32,000 nt of DNA from Synechococcus sp. A15-28 (GTDB taxonomy: Bacteria > Cyanobacteriota > Cyanobacteriia > PCC-6307 > Cyanobiaceae): assembly GCF_014280175.1 (NCBI RefSeq), contig NZ_CP047931.1, positions 1,380,001 to 1,412,000 of the forward strand, written 5' to 3'. A program made the position numbers and the translations under genes. The first letter of the stretch is position 1. Each line of letters begins with the position of its first letter. Positions 1-6,784 of this stretch are shown piece by piece. The notes under the pieces were generated by a model, which worked only from the letters and a program-made list of their open reading frames with translations, was not told the DNA's origin and did not search any database.

Positions 1-67
1 TGGATCAAAACTGTGTCTTTGGGTCACAACAGCCGCTTAGAGCACTATCCCTAGTGCTTCAGGGCAC

Positions 68-97
68 AAAAAAACCCGGTGTGACTCGCACAACGGG
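68..97 (-). terminator. Rho-independent terminator candidate (minus strand)
   Basis: CCCGGTGTG (75-83) pairs with CACAACGGG (89-97): 9 bp with 1 mismatch and a 5-nt loop. The A7 run at 68-74 gives U7 after the stem on the minus strand. Confidence 0.5.
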
Positions 98-290
98 CTG
101 GGTGATGGGGGAAACCTAAATATGGCCTAACCACCTAGTACTGACCAGCCCCACATATGGTGTCAACAAGCGCAGCTCAGATCTGCACCACACAATTGAG
201 GAACCGTCCTGTTTTGGCACAAATGAGTCCAACGAGGTTAGTTTTGTCGAGTCCGGCCGGGTGATGGGGATCAGCCGAATGGATTAAAGA

Positions 291-319
291 CCTCGGGGAT
301 CTCTCCGGGGTTTCTTTTT
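291..319 (+). terminator. Rho-independent terminator candidate (plus strand)
   Basis: CCTCGG (291-296) pairs with CCGGGG (305-310): 6 bp including one G:U, with an 8-nt loop. It is followed by TTTCTTTTT (311-319). Confidence 0.5.
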
Positions 320-381
320 GTCCGCCTCGTCGCCGATGTAGATCCAGGCAGCACCCTCCAGGGCCTAACGGCTCCAAGGGA

Positions 382-768
382 GGGGGGCTACTGAGGCCGC
401 GAGAAGAACGCTGTCCTTCCCGAGCGATACGACCATCTGCACAACCAAGTTCGCAGCGCTACTGAGCTTCTCGGCGAACGCACCAAGTCTTTTCAAGATT
501 CCATTGCACAGAACAGTGTCTCCCACGATCGCTCTCGCAGGAGACAGGGGTTCTGCCAGCTTCGGATCGCTCTCCCGAGGCCGTCGCGTGTGGATGAACT
601 CCACATGTCCGCACAGAGCAAATATGGAGCCAAGCAGCGTGTTTGGCAACACGTCTTTTGGTCATTTTTGGATTCCAGGAAACGTTAGTGAAGGCTTGTG
701 AATCAGGTATAAGACAACACTGAAAGCTGGAAGTTCACCCTTTTACTTCAGCTCTGTGGTCTTAACCG
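382..768. repeat. Copy A of a ~390-nt structured non-coding repeat (candidate ncRNA, strand unresolved)
   Basis: Homologous to 6785-7176. The core (about 505-690) is near-identical; the 5' part is more diverged. Indels break every reading frame between the copies. Two hairpins carry compensatory substitutions. Confidence 0.7.
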
Positions 769-772
769 TCGA

Positions 773-988
773 TCATGTTTGACGTTCCAGACTCAGCAGA
801 CTGCGCCTGGCTTGAGCGTCCTCTTGCTTTGCCTCTTCAGCTTCGGCGCGTAGAAAACGCTTTCTTTGAGCGGATTCATAGCCACTCAGGTCTGGCTGCT
901 TCTCCTCGGCTGGTTTGGGCTTTGGCTTAAGAACTGGCTTGGGCTTATCCAAACCCATCAAAAGTGGGTGGATTCCTCTACGACTCAT
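773..988 (-). CDS. Hypothetical small Lys/Pro/Glu-rich protein (71 aa)
   Basis: Open frame with a plausible charged composition. No recognisable family. Confidence 0.3.
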   Translation of the reverse strand: MSRRGIHPLLMGLDKPKPVLKPKPKPAEEKQPDLSGYESAQRKRFLRAEAEEAKQEDAQARRSLLSLERQT

Positions 989-1344
989 TTGTTTGATTTG
1001 TTACGCGGTTATCGCGACGTGATCTTCCCGACCCAATCGCATGAATAGATCATGTTGGATCAAAATTTTATTCGTGGTATTGATGAAGACATTTGAAGAC
1101 AACTGTCGACGGCTTAGCGCCTAGGGCGGGGTTAATGGCTTCGCTGTGCTCTCTGGTGCTGGTCCACCACTTTTTTGGAGGATCTTGAACGCCTCGGATC
1201 TATCTGAGAGGCGTGTAACCCTTCTCTCGGTCATCTAGGTCGAGTCGGATAAGACTCTCCGCTCGCCGTAGCCACTTCTGTCTTGATGGACCTGGCGACC
1301 CAAGTCAAAACCCTCTAAAAAACATTTACAGGTTCGGTGTAGCA

Positions 1345-1518
1345 ATGGCTCTTCCCAAGTGGGACACCATGACTGACGAGAGTCAGGCCATGGTCAAGAA
1401 GGTCGGCCTCATCGGTGGTGGAGGCCTCCTCCTGCTTGCCTTCAGCAAGATGCTTTTACCTCTGACCCTGCTCGGCGGAGGTGGCTACGTCGCCTGGCGT
1501 GCCCTCAACAAGAAGTAG
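1345..1518 (+). CDS. Hypothetical small membrane protein (57 aa, Gly-rich TM segment)
   Basis: ATG-initiated ORF below the track cutoff: MALPKWDTMTDESQAMVKKVGLIGGGGLLLLAFSKMLLPLTLLGGGGYVAWRALNKK. It has a hydrophobic core with basic flanks. Confidence 0.4.
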   Translation: MALPKWDTMTDESQAMVKKVGLIGGGGLLLLAFSKMLLPLTLLGGGGYVAWRALNKK

Positions 1519-1523
1519 GCGGC

Positions 1524-1670
1524 GTGGAAGACAGCACCAATAAGGCCAGACGAAGACTTCTCATCTGGGCCATCAGCATCAATGTCGTCGCTTGGGGCGG
1601 CTACTTCTATCTGACCAAGGTCATGGGATTCGACTACGAGCTGATGAGGCAGGCCAGGCTGGACGGTTAA
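1524..1670 (+). CDS. Hypothetical small membrane protein (48 aa, GTG start)
   Basis: It starts 6 nt after the previous stop. A single TM segment (RRRLLIWAISINVVAWGGYFYL) is followed by a charged tail. Confidence 0.3.
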   Translation: MEDSTNKARRRLLIWAISINVVAWGGYFYLTKVMGFDYELMRQARLDG

Positions 1671-1772
1671 GGAGCTAGAGCACGTCGGGCCTTAGCTGAT
1701 TACCTGTTAAGGGGTTTGAGAGGAGATCAGCAGCTGCCAGGCCTTCTCCTTTGCTGGGGGTTGATTTCGGAA

Positions 1773-1826
1773 ACGCCCCTGATGGATTCGAACCATCGAC
1801 CGACTGCTTAGAAGGCAGACGCGCTG
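1773..1826 (-). pseudogene. Partial tRNA-Arg(UCU): 3' portion only (anticodon arm, variable loop, T-arm, acceptor 3' strand). Probably an att-site-type remnant.
   Basis: The reverse complement reads GCGCG-TCTGC-CTTCTAA-GCAGT-CGGTC-GATGG-TTCGAAT-CCATC-AGGGGCG. The T-arm and the U33-UCU-A37 loop are canonical. No matching 5' acceptor strand (CGCCCCT) or D-arm lies upstream. Confidence 0.7.
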
Positions 1827-2073
1827 TCAGTAGTGCCAGTGCTTATGAGGCACTTTTTCATGCTTGCACGGAACATTTATCTCAGACCTGCCCGTAGTTC
1901 TCGGTAGTTGAACAAAGCCACCTGCCTGCACAAGCATGTGTGCACTTGTTTCCATAGTCCTGAGAGTCAATTGCACCAGCTGATTTCGGGCGTGGTTTGA
2001 GCAGGTGCCGCTGCGGGCTTGAGCAGACCCATCAAGCCGTCATACATTGGTACTCATGTACTGGTATTGAGTT

Positions 2074-2322
2074 ATGGGTTCAGAGGGCTTCCTCCAAGAT
2101 CCATCGTCCAAGGAAACCAAGCGTTTCCATCGGGACGAGAAGAGCTGGCTCAGAGACCCGAAGGTCTTTGTCGACACAGGGATACCGATACCGGGAGAAC
2201 CACCACTCCTCAAGACAAGCGTGCACCTACGTAGGGACGCTGCAGAGCAGCTCTGGAAGGAGTTGCATCGCGTTGGCTGGCAGCAGGTGGAGCCTTGTTG
2301 GGGAGCTTCTGCTGAGCCGTAA
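2074..2322 (+). CDS. Hypothetical protein (82 aa)
   Basis: The most protein-like of four mutually overlapping ORFs in 1997-2422 (mixed charged/hydrophobic composition). The choice of frame is uncertain. Confidence 0.3.
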   Translation: MGSEGFLQDPSSKETKRFHRDEKSWLRDPKVFVDTGIPIPGEPPLLKTSVHLRRDAAEQLWKELHRVGWQQVEPCWGASAEP

Positions 2323-2461
2323 AGCGAAGGGGGTATGGGGTCAATCAGCGTCTTGTATAAACGTAATGACTTCTCAGAAATATTTTTTAAAAATTGTTGA
2401 GAAAGCCAATACAATAAAATAGTAATAAAGATTCGACTCTGGAGTCAAAGCTCTAAAAACC

Positions 2462-2602
2462 ATGGCTCAACTCTATCTAGTCGCTTTCAAAGAAAACAAT
2501 AACGGCACCGAACCTGAAGAAAATTACGCACTGCGTGAGCTACTAGATGAGCACTGCAGCTACTGCATACCAGCAGGCAAGACCGAAGTATTCGGTCCTT
2601 AG
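2462..2602 (+). CDS. Hypothetical small protein (46 aa)
   Basis: ATG ORF MAQLYLVAFKENNNGTEPEENYALRELLDEHCSYCIPAGKTEVFGP, lying immediately upstream of the next same-strand ORF. Confidence 0.3.
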   Translation: MAQLYLVAFKENNNGTEPEENYALRELLDEHCSYCIPAGKTEVFGP

Positions 2603-2617
2603 ACACCAAAGCAAAAG

Positions 2618-2983
2618 TTGGCTGAAATCTGCTGGCTCACTCAAGAGATCGAGTACTACAGCAACGATTACTGGGAACCAACTGATGCTGCGTCTCAGCT
2701 GACTGTGAAGTGGGGGTGCAGCAGGCGAACGAGTCTGCGTGACCTAGAAATCGCTCAGAGTGAACTAGCGAACGCCTTGGACTCGGTTGAGCTTCAGCAG
2801 ATGGTGGGTTGGTTGGCAACGCAGTATCAACGCCTGGCGGCCAAGGCTGAACGCGATGGTCAGCACGCCTCAGCTGTTGGTGCGTTGAACGCATTGCGAG
2901 CAATGGTTGTGCAGCCACAACTGGATGCGCAGTTTGCTGCTCACTTCCGTGGACGCTTCACGCACCAAACGCACTGCAGGTAA
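2618..2983 (+). CDS. Hypothetical protein (121 aa, non-ATG start)
   Basis: Helical, Ala/Gln/Leu-rich sequence. The opposite-strand ORF 2637-2918 looks like a shadow ORF. Confidence 0.5.
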   Translation: MAEICWLTQEIEYYSNDYWEPTDAASQLTVKWGCSRRTSLRDLEIAQSELANALDSVELQQMVGWLATQYQRLAAKAERDGQHASAVGALNALRAMVVQPQLDAQFAAHFRGRFTHQTHCR

Positions 2984-3020
2984 ACATCGGTTTAAAATAA
3001 TAAGTCAATGGGATGAGGGA

Positions 3021-3236
3021 GTGGAGATTAAATCCTTTCTGATTATTGTTGGCGCGATAATCACTGTTGCATGTCCAGTAGCTAAAGCTGCTGAAGAAGA
3101 TGACCAACAAAAGCAAGAACCAAAAATATATGAAAGATGTGTGCTGGCCGCTTCTGAAAAGAATACAAAGTGGACTCAGTACAGAGTCGACGTCAATAAC
3201 TGCAGAGCTGAATTCGGTATACCAGATGAGTACTAA
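3021..3236 (+). CDS. Small secreted protein or lipoprotein candidate (71 aa, GTG start)
   Basis: Within ORF 2907-3236. After the GTG there is a signal-like segment (EIKSFLIIVGAIITVACPVAKAAEE), then a polar mature part containing Cys residues. Confidence 0.45.
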   Translation: MEIKSFLIIVGAIITVACPVAKAAEEDDQQKQEPKIYERCVLAASEKNTKWTQYRVDVNNCRAEFGIPDEY

Positions 3237-3278
3237 TTTATTGGTTTCATTCGGTGAGTTGCCACGAAAAATATGACG

Positions 3279-3521
3279 CTAACTATTTTTTGCATGGAAT
3301 TGATGTTTTTCCTCAGAGGGAATCCAGCCGGCATCTGCCAATGGATCACCTGAGCTTTGCTCTAGCTGCTCAAGATGATCAGTCGAAGGCAACATGGCCA
3401 AGCGCCACTCCAGCTCCTGCAGGTATTTTTTGCATTGGTCAGCGCGTTGTTGATCACCAACACTGGTGAAATATTCAATTCGAACTTTCTCCCAGAGAAC
3501 TGCATACCCATAGTCGGACAT
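3279..3521 (-). CDS. Hypothetical protein (80 aa from the MSDYGY start)
   Basis: ORF 3279-3548. The internal ATG at 3521 begins a well-composed sequence. Confidence 0.45.
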   Translation of the reverse strand: MSDYGYAVLWEKVRIEYFTSVGDQQRADQCKKYLQELEWRLAMLPSTDHLEQLEQSSGDPLADAGWIPSEEKHQFHAKNS

Positions 3522-3819
3522 GCTTCTGAGCCGTACTCGAGAGCCCATTGAGATAAATTAGTGGTTTTTGACCCTAGTTATCGGAGAACCGCTGCAAAAT
3601 GCTTTTTGTCACAAAACATTTTCGTACTATCCGTACTGAGATTAAACAGAGCACTCCTGTAACAAACGATACTACGCAAAAAGACTGCACTGTCTGAAGC
3701 TAGCCACGATTATTCCAATTAGTTTCCAATGCTCATACGTGTAGTAGTTTGATGAGTATAGATACCTGTTGCTATTCAGCTATTTTAAGGGGCAGAACGT
3801 AAACAGCGATATCCAGCCA

Positions 3820-4002
3820 ATGGCGAAGCGCCGTTTCTTAGACAACCGTCCGCTGACCGACGAGCAGGGACTGACTGCGCTGATCGTGATGGGCGTTGGC
3901 TTGACCACCGGAGCCATCTTTACGACTTGCTTTTTGGCACTGAGCTCGTCTCCTGCTGCGATGTGGCACGAGCTATGGCTCTCAGGGCAACTCAACTTTT
4001 GA
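3820..4002 (+). CDS. Hypothetical small membrane protein (60 aa from the MAKRRF start)
   Basis: ORF 3769-4002. The ATG at 3820 is followed by a basic N-terminus and one TM segment (LTALIVMGVGLTTGAIFTTCFLAL). Confidence 0.4.
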   Translation: MAKRRFLDNRPLTDEQGLTALIVMGVGLTTGAIFTTCFLALSSSPAAMWHELWLSGQLNF

Positions 4003-4303
4003 GCGTCTGCAGCTATAGCTCAGAAGGCTGTCGTCGATTGATTAGTGGATGCTAAGGCGTGAGCACGAGAATGGCTGGTGCCCGGAGGTGGCTTGATGTG
4101 AGAAGGATGGTTGATCGACGCCAACGACTATTAGGTGTGGCGGTTCTAAAGGGATGAATCTGCTTGGGTCAGTAATCCAAAGGTTTTCGCCGACTGGCTC
4201 GCCTGTGCACTGCTCAGGGCATCATCAGCAGGGTTTGGTGGATAACCAGAAGCAATCCAACGTCTGCTGACCTGATTGGACGCCCAAAGAGCGATCAAGC
4301 ACC

Positions 4304-4327
4304 AAAAAAGGGGCACCGAAACACCCC
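4304..4327 (-). terminator. Terminator-like hairpin (minus strand) inside a ~630-nt non-coding stretch
   Basis: On the minus strand GGGGUG pairs with a partner strand ending in CCCC: 4 G:C plus 2 G:U pairs and a 6-nt loop, followed by U6 (the A6 run at 4304-4309 on the plus strand). Confidence 0.35.
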
Positions 4328-4634
4328 TGAATTCCGATTTGGGTCTGTTAATCCGTTACCAGGACCTCGCTACTTCTAACCAGATCCACAAAACGGAGCG
4401 TATGACTGGAGTTTAGAGATACAGACAATCCAGAACAACGTGGTTATGGTCCTGAAAACACCATCCCCTGCATCCACGAGGCAAAGTCATATGTAAGAGA
4501 AAATCAAACTTGAATACCAGGCAGACATCCTCTTCTATAAATGTGCCTCTGTTGGGGAGGACTGGGAGGAAGAGTGATCTTTGAAACATTTTCTTTTTGC
4601 TATGGATGATATGATCGTTATCATTTAATCGATT

Positions 4635-4937
4635 ATGTCGTTTCTGACTTCTGTTCGGACAATAGTGAAGGAGGGCGAGGTCGAAAAGTATGTCGAGGCA
4701 GTTCGCGCGTGGGAAGCACCTACAGATATGAATGGGTATTTTGCCCAAACAGGTGAACGATCCTTTGTCTTCACGGGGGTCTTCAAGGAAAAGGAGTCTC
4801 TTGTGGCGGCAAGACCTCAGATGATTGCTCATCTGGATTCTGTAAGAGACCTTCTTGAAGAGATCTCTGCTGATCTTGGTGTTACGGATCCTGTTTCCGG
4901 TCCAGTACTTGTCGAAAAACTGAACTGGTGCACCTGA
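4635..4937 (+). CDS. Hypothetical protein (100 aa), possibly an ABM/Dabb-fold small protein
   Basis: Clean composition (MSFLTSVRTIVKEGEVEKYVEAVRAWEA...). The overlapping minus ORF 4413-4832 is Cys/His/Arg-rich and looks spurious. Confidence 0.6.
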   Translation: MSFLTSVRTIVKEGEVEKYVEAVRAWEAPTDMNGYFAQTGERSFVFTGVFKEKESLVAARPQMIAHLDSVRDLLEEISADLGVTDPVSGPVLVEKLNWCT

Positions 4938-5045
4938 ATCAGTGCAACGTCGTTATGCCTTGGGAAAGAGAAGATTGGGAATGAACGGAAAACTACTGGT
5001 CATCGGAATTGTCTTCTTCTTCCTTCTCATCTTTATGTATGAGTC

Positions 5046-5276
5046 TTGGATGATGCGAGGTCTTCCTCACTGATTAGACCTTCACCCTTTAATTACTTGT
5101 CAGTGCATATTAAAAACAAGTGGATTAGGTCTGCTCTATTCGCATCATCAGGTCTGATGCTTGCGATTGGCATCACCAAAACGGGAGACCAGGCAAGTGC
5201 CCTGATAGTGATAACCGGAGGATTAATATCTCTCGCCGCCCTAGTGAGTCGAGTTCCCGATCAAGAGCAAGAATGA
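5046..5276 (+). CDS. Hypothetical membrane protein (up to 76 aa, start uncertain)
   Basis: Two hydrophobic segments. Its stop overlaps the next start (ATGA at 5273-5276). Confidence 0.4.
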   Translation: MDDARSSSLIRPSPFNYLSVHIKNKWIRSALFASSGLMLAIGITKTGDQASALIVITGGLISLAALVSRVPDQEQE

Positions 5277-5587
5277 AAAACGTCTTGGTCGCCATTCCCT
5301 TACTCTTGATTGCTAGTCCTTCGATGACGAGACCTCTAGCCCCCGATTCGTGTGCTTCTTACGCACAATCATTTCACAGCGTTGTGGATCAGATCAAAAG
5401 ATTTAATGGCATGGCATTGACTTACCCAGGAGTCGAGGCAGAGCGCAATCGATTAAGATTTTATAACCAGATGAATAAGAAATTAGCACCCTTAATATCT
5501 TGTCTAGAAGATCACGAAAGCGAGATTTTGAAATATTACCAACAGGTTAAAGGCATGACAGATACTCAGATCAATAGTTTTCAATGA
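5273..5587 (+). CDS. Hypothetical secreted protein (104 aa)
   Basis: N-terminal signal-like segment (MKNVLVAIPLLLIASPSMT) followed by a polar helical mature part. Confidence 0.55.
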   Translation: MKNVLVAIPLLLIASPSMTRPLAPDSCASYAQSFHSVVDQIKRFNGMALTYPGVEAERNRLRFYNQMNKKLAPLISCLEDHESEILKYYQQVKGMTDTQINSFQ

Positions 5588-5765
5588 AAATAGATGACGA
5601 TCTTTTTCAAGCACGGCAACCAGATTATGCCGCTGTGAATATCAATCCCTCCCAATAGGTATCACTAGGAACCATTCTTCATTATTTCTTTAGTAAAAGT
5701 CCTTTCGTAGTGGGGACTTTTATGGTTTTCAACCTCTTAGGTTCGATGCCCCAAAACCTACGTCC

Positions 5766-5978
5766 ATGTCCCCCACTGACCTCTCATCGCTCAAGTGGGG
5801 CGACGACGGCGAATTGTCTTCTCAAGACACCTGGAACCTGGTCAACCGACTCACCAAGGTGGAGGATGAGACCAAGGCATCAAACCTGCTGCACCTCTCC
5901 TCAAAGCACTCTCATGGGGAGCACCGCAAGAAGCGGAGCACTCTGGAGTTTGCGCTTCCAACAGTGGCCGGTTGTTGA
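5766..5978 (+). CDS. Hypothetical protein (70 aa)
   Basis: ATG ORF with hydrophilic composition. The overlapping ORF 5710-5997 is Pro/Ser/Arg-rich and less protein-like. Confidence 0.35.
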   Translation: MSPTDLSSLKWGDDGELSSQDTWNLVNRLTKVEDETKASNLLHLSSKHSHGEHRKKRSTLEFALPTVAGC

Positions 5979-6014
5979 GGAGCCGGTCCCGCCTTAATCA
6001 CAAACAGGCGACAG

Positions 6015-6248
6015 ATGAACCGCGACTACATCGACTGGCTTACTTCAATGCTAAATAACCGTGGTGTCTGGGATCGGCAGATCAACGTCTGGATGTCGGG
6101 CTATGCGCCGCTACCCGAAGAGATCGACTTACAGCACTGCAAGGAAATGCAGCAGCGGTGTGTGGTGCGGGACTGCCCTGACGGCGTGCTGGGAATGTTA
6201 TGGCGGTGCCAGGAACCCAAAGGTTCCAACGTTGTTTCAGGTGGCTGA
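6015..6248 (+). CDS. Hypothetical Cys-containing protein (77 aa). Its C-terminal half has a truncated paralog at 8118-8231.
   Basis: ATG ORF. The frame is supported by the paralog fragment, which stays open in the same frame (LP[E/D]EIDL[Q/E]HC...VVRDCPDGVLG). Confidence 0.55.
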   Translation: MNRDYIDWLTSMLNNRGVWDRQINVWMSGYAPLPEEIDLQHCKEMQQRCVVRDCPDGVLGMLWRCQEPKGSNVVSGG

Positions 6249-6279
6249 CGTCGATACCGGCACCATCAACTGGATCAAC

Positions 6280-6315
6280 GCTGACCTGGTGACCCACATC
6301 TGTCCAAGGGTCTGA
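6280..6315 (+). repeat. 36-nt repeat, copy 1. Reads ADLVTHICPRV-stop in the +1 frame relative to the upstream gene.
   Basis: GCTGACCTGGTGACCCACATCTGTCCAAGGGTCTGA versus 6694-6729: 32 of 36 bases identical. Confidence 0.8.
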
Positions 6316-6398
6316 TCGACACCGCTATTGGGGTAACCAGCACGACATCGCTTTTGCGCTTGTCAGGCCAAGGTCGCGGGGAATTTAAGTGCTCTCTT

Positions 6399-6698
6399 AT
6401 GGCCCGCTTCTTGATCCATTGGTGCGCTCCAGATCCCACCAACGAGAAGTACACGCAGGCGATCGTTGACTACATCAAAGGCGGAAAGCCTATGGATGAG
6501 TACGCGGGCTTCAAGGTGTTGGCACGTCAGATCCACCCTCACCTCGGTGGTGGCTGTCTTTTGGTAGAGGCCGACAACCTCGTAACAGTCCAGAAACACA
6601 CTTACCCCTGGACCAAGGGTCTCGGCGTTACCGCGACGATTACTCCTGGTCTCAGCGATGAGGAGTATGTCGAGCTTGAAGAGAGCATGAGCAGCTGA
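6399..6698 (+). CDS. Hypothetical protein (99 aa from the MARFLIHW start)
   Basis: ORF 6354-6698. The ATG at 6399 is followed by well-composed sequence (MARFLIHWCAPDPTNEKYTQAIVDYIKGG...). Confidence 0.55.
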   Translation: MARFLIHWCAPDPTNEKYTQAIVDYIKGGKPMDEYAGFKVLARQIHPHLGGGCLLVEADNLVTVQKHTYPWTKGLGVTATITPGLSDEEYVELEESMSS

Positions 6699-6729
6699 CC
6701 TCGTGACTCACATTTGTCCGAGGGTCTGA
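6694..6729 (+). repeat. 36-nt repeat, copy 2. It overlaps the stop codon of 6399-6698.
   Basis: GCTGACCTCGTGACTCACATTTGTCCGAGGGTCTGA. All four differences from copy 1 fall on third positions of the LVTHICPRV frame and are synonymous. Confidence 0.8.
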
Positions 6730-6784
6730 CAGCCCCTTCTATCGGCTGGGCTGACTCTCTGCAGCCTTACCGAAGCAATGATGT

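Noticed and set aside
31-80. Possible att-like direct repeat between 31-80 and 10021-10078 (shared AGCC..TAGAGC, CTATCCC, CAGGG(C)AC).
   Set aside because: The matches are short blocks separated by large gaps, and the flanking homopolymers are of opposite type (A-run versus T-run). This is not distinguishable from chance by eye.
365-701. ORFs inside repeat copy A (365-652 minus, 459-665 minus, 504-701 plus) and inside copy B (6842-7087 and 6898-7155, both minus) considered as protein genes.
   Set aside because: The two copies do not share an intact frame: a 1-nt indel and a stop in copy B break each one. The compositions are poor. The compensatory stem changes point to RNA-level constraint instead.
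382-768. Calling the ~390-nt repeat a functional (two-piece) tmRNA gene.
   Set aside because: The size, the G-run and the GCA-initiated mini-frame are suggestive. But I could not find a T-arm, an acceptor 3' strand with the G3:U70 partner, or a CCA context in either the standard or the permuted position. The putative tags also lack the usual hydrophobic-Ala-Ala end. It is kept only as a hypothesis to test.
771-1059. GATCATGTTTGA (771-782) and GATCATGTTGGA (1048-1059) flanking ORF 773-988, considered as a target-site duplication. Also TGGATCAAAA at 1-10 and 1056-1065.
   Set aside because: These are 10-12-nt matches with no terminal inverted repeats or transposase between them. They are compatible with chance in AT-rich sequence.
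4011-4032. tRNA 5'-like string GCAGCTATAGCTCAGAAGG.
   Set aside because: Only the TAGCTCAG D-arm-like 8-12 nt match. No closing D-stem, anticodon arm or T-arm follows.
4413-4832. The 139-aa minus-strand ORF.
   Set aside because: It has a Cys/His/Arg/Leu-rich, low-plausibility composition and overlaps the better plus-strand ORF 4635-4937.
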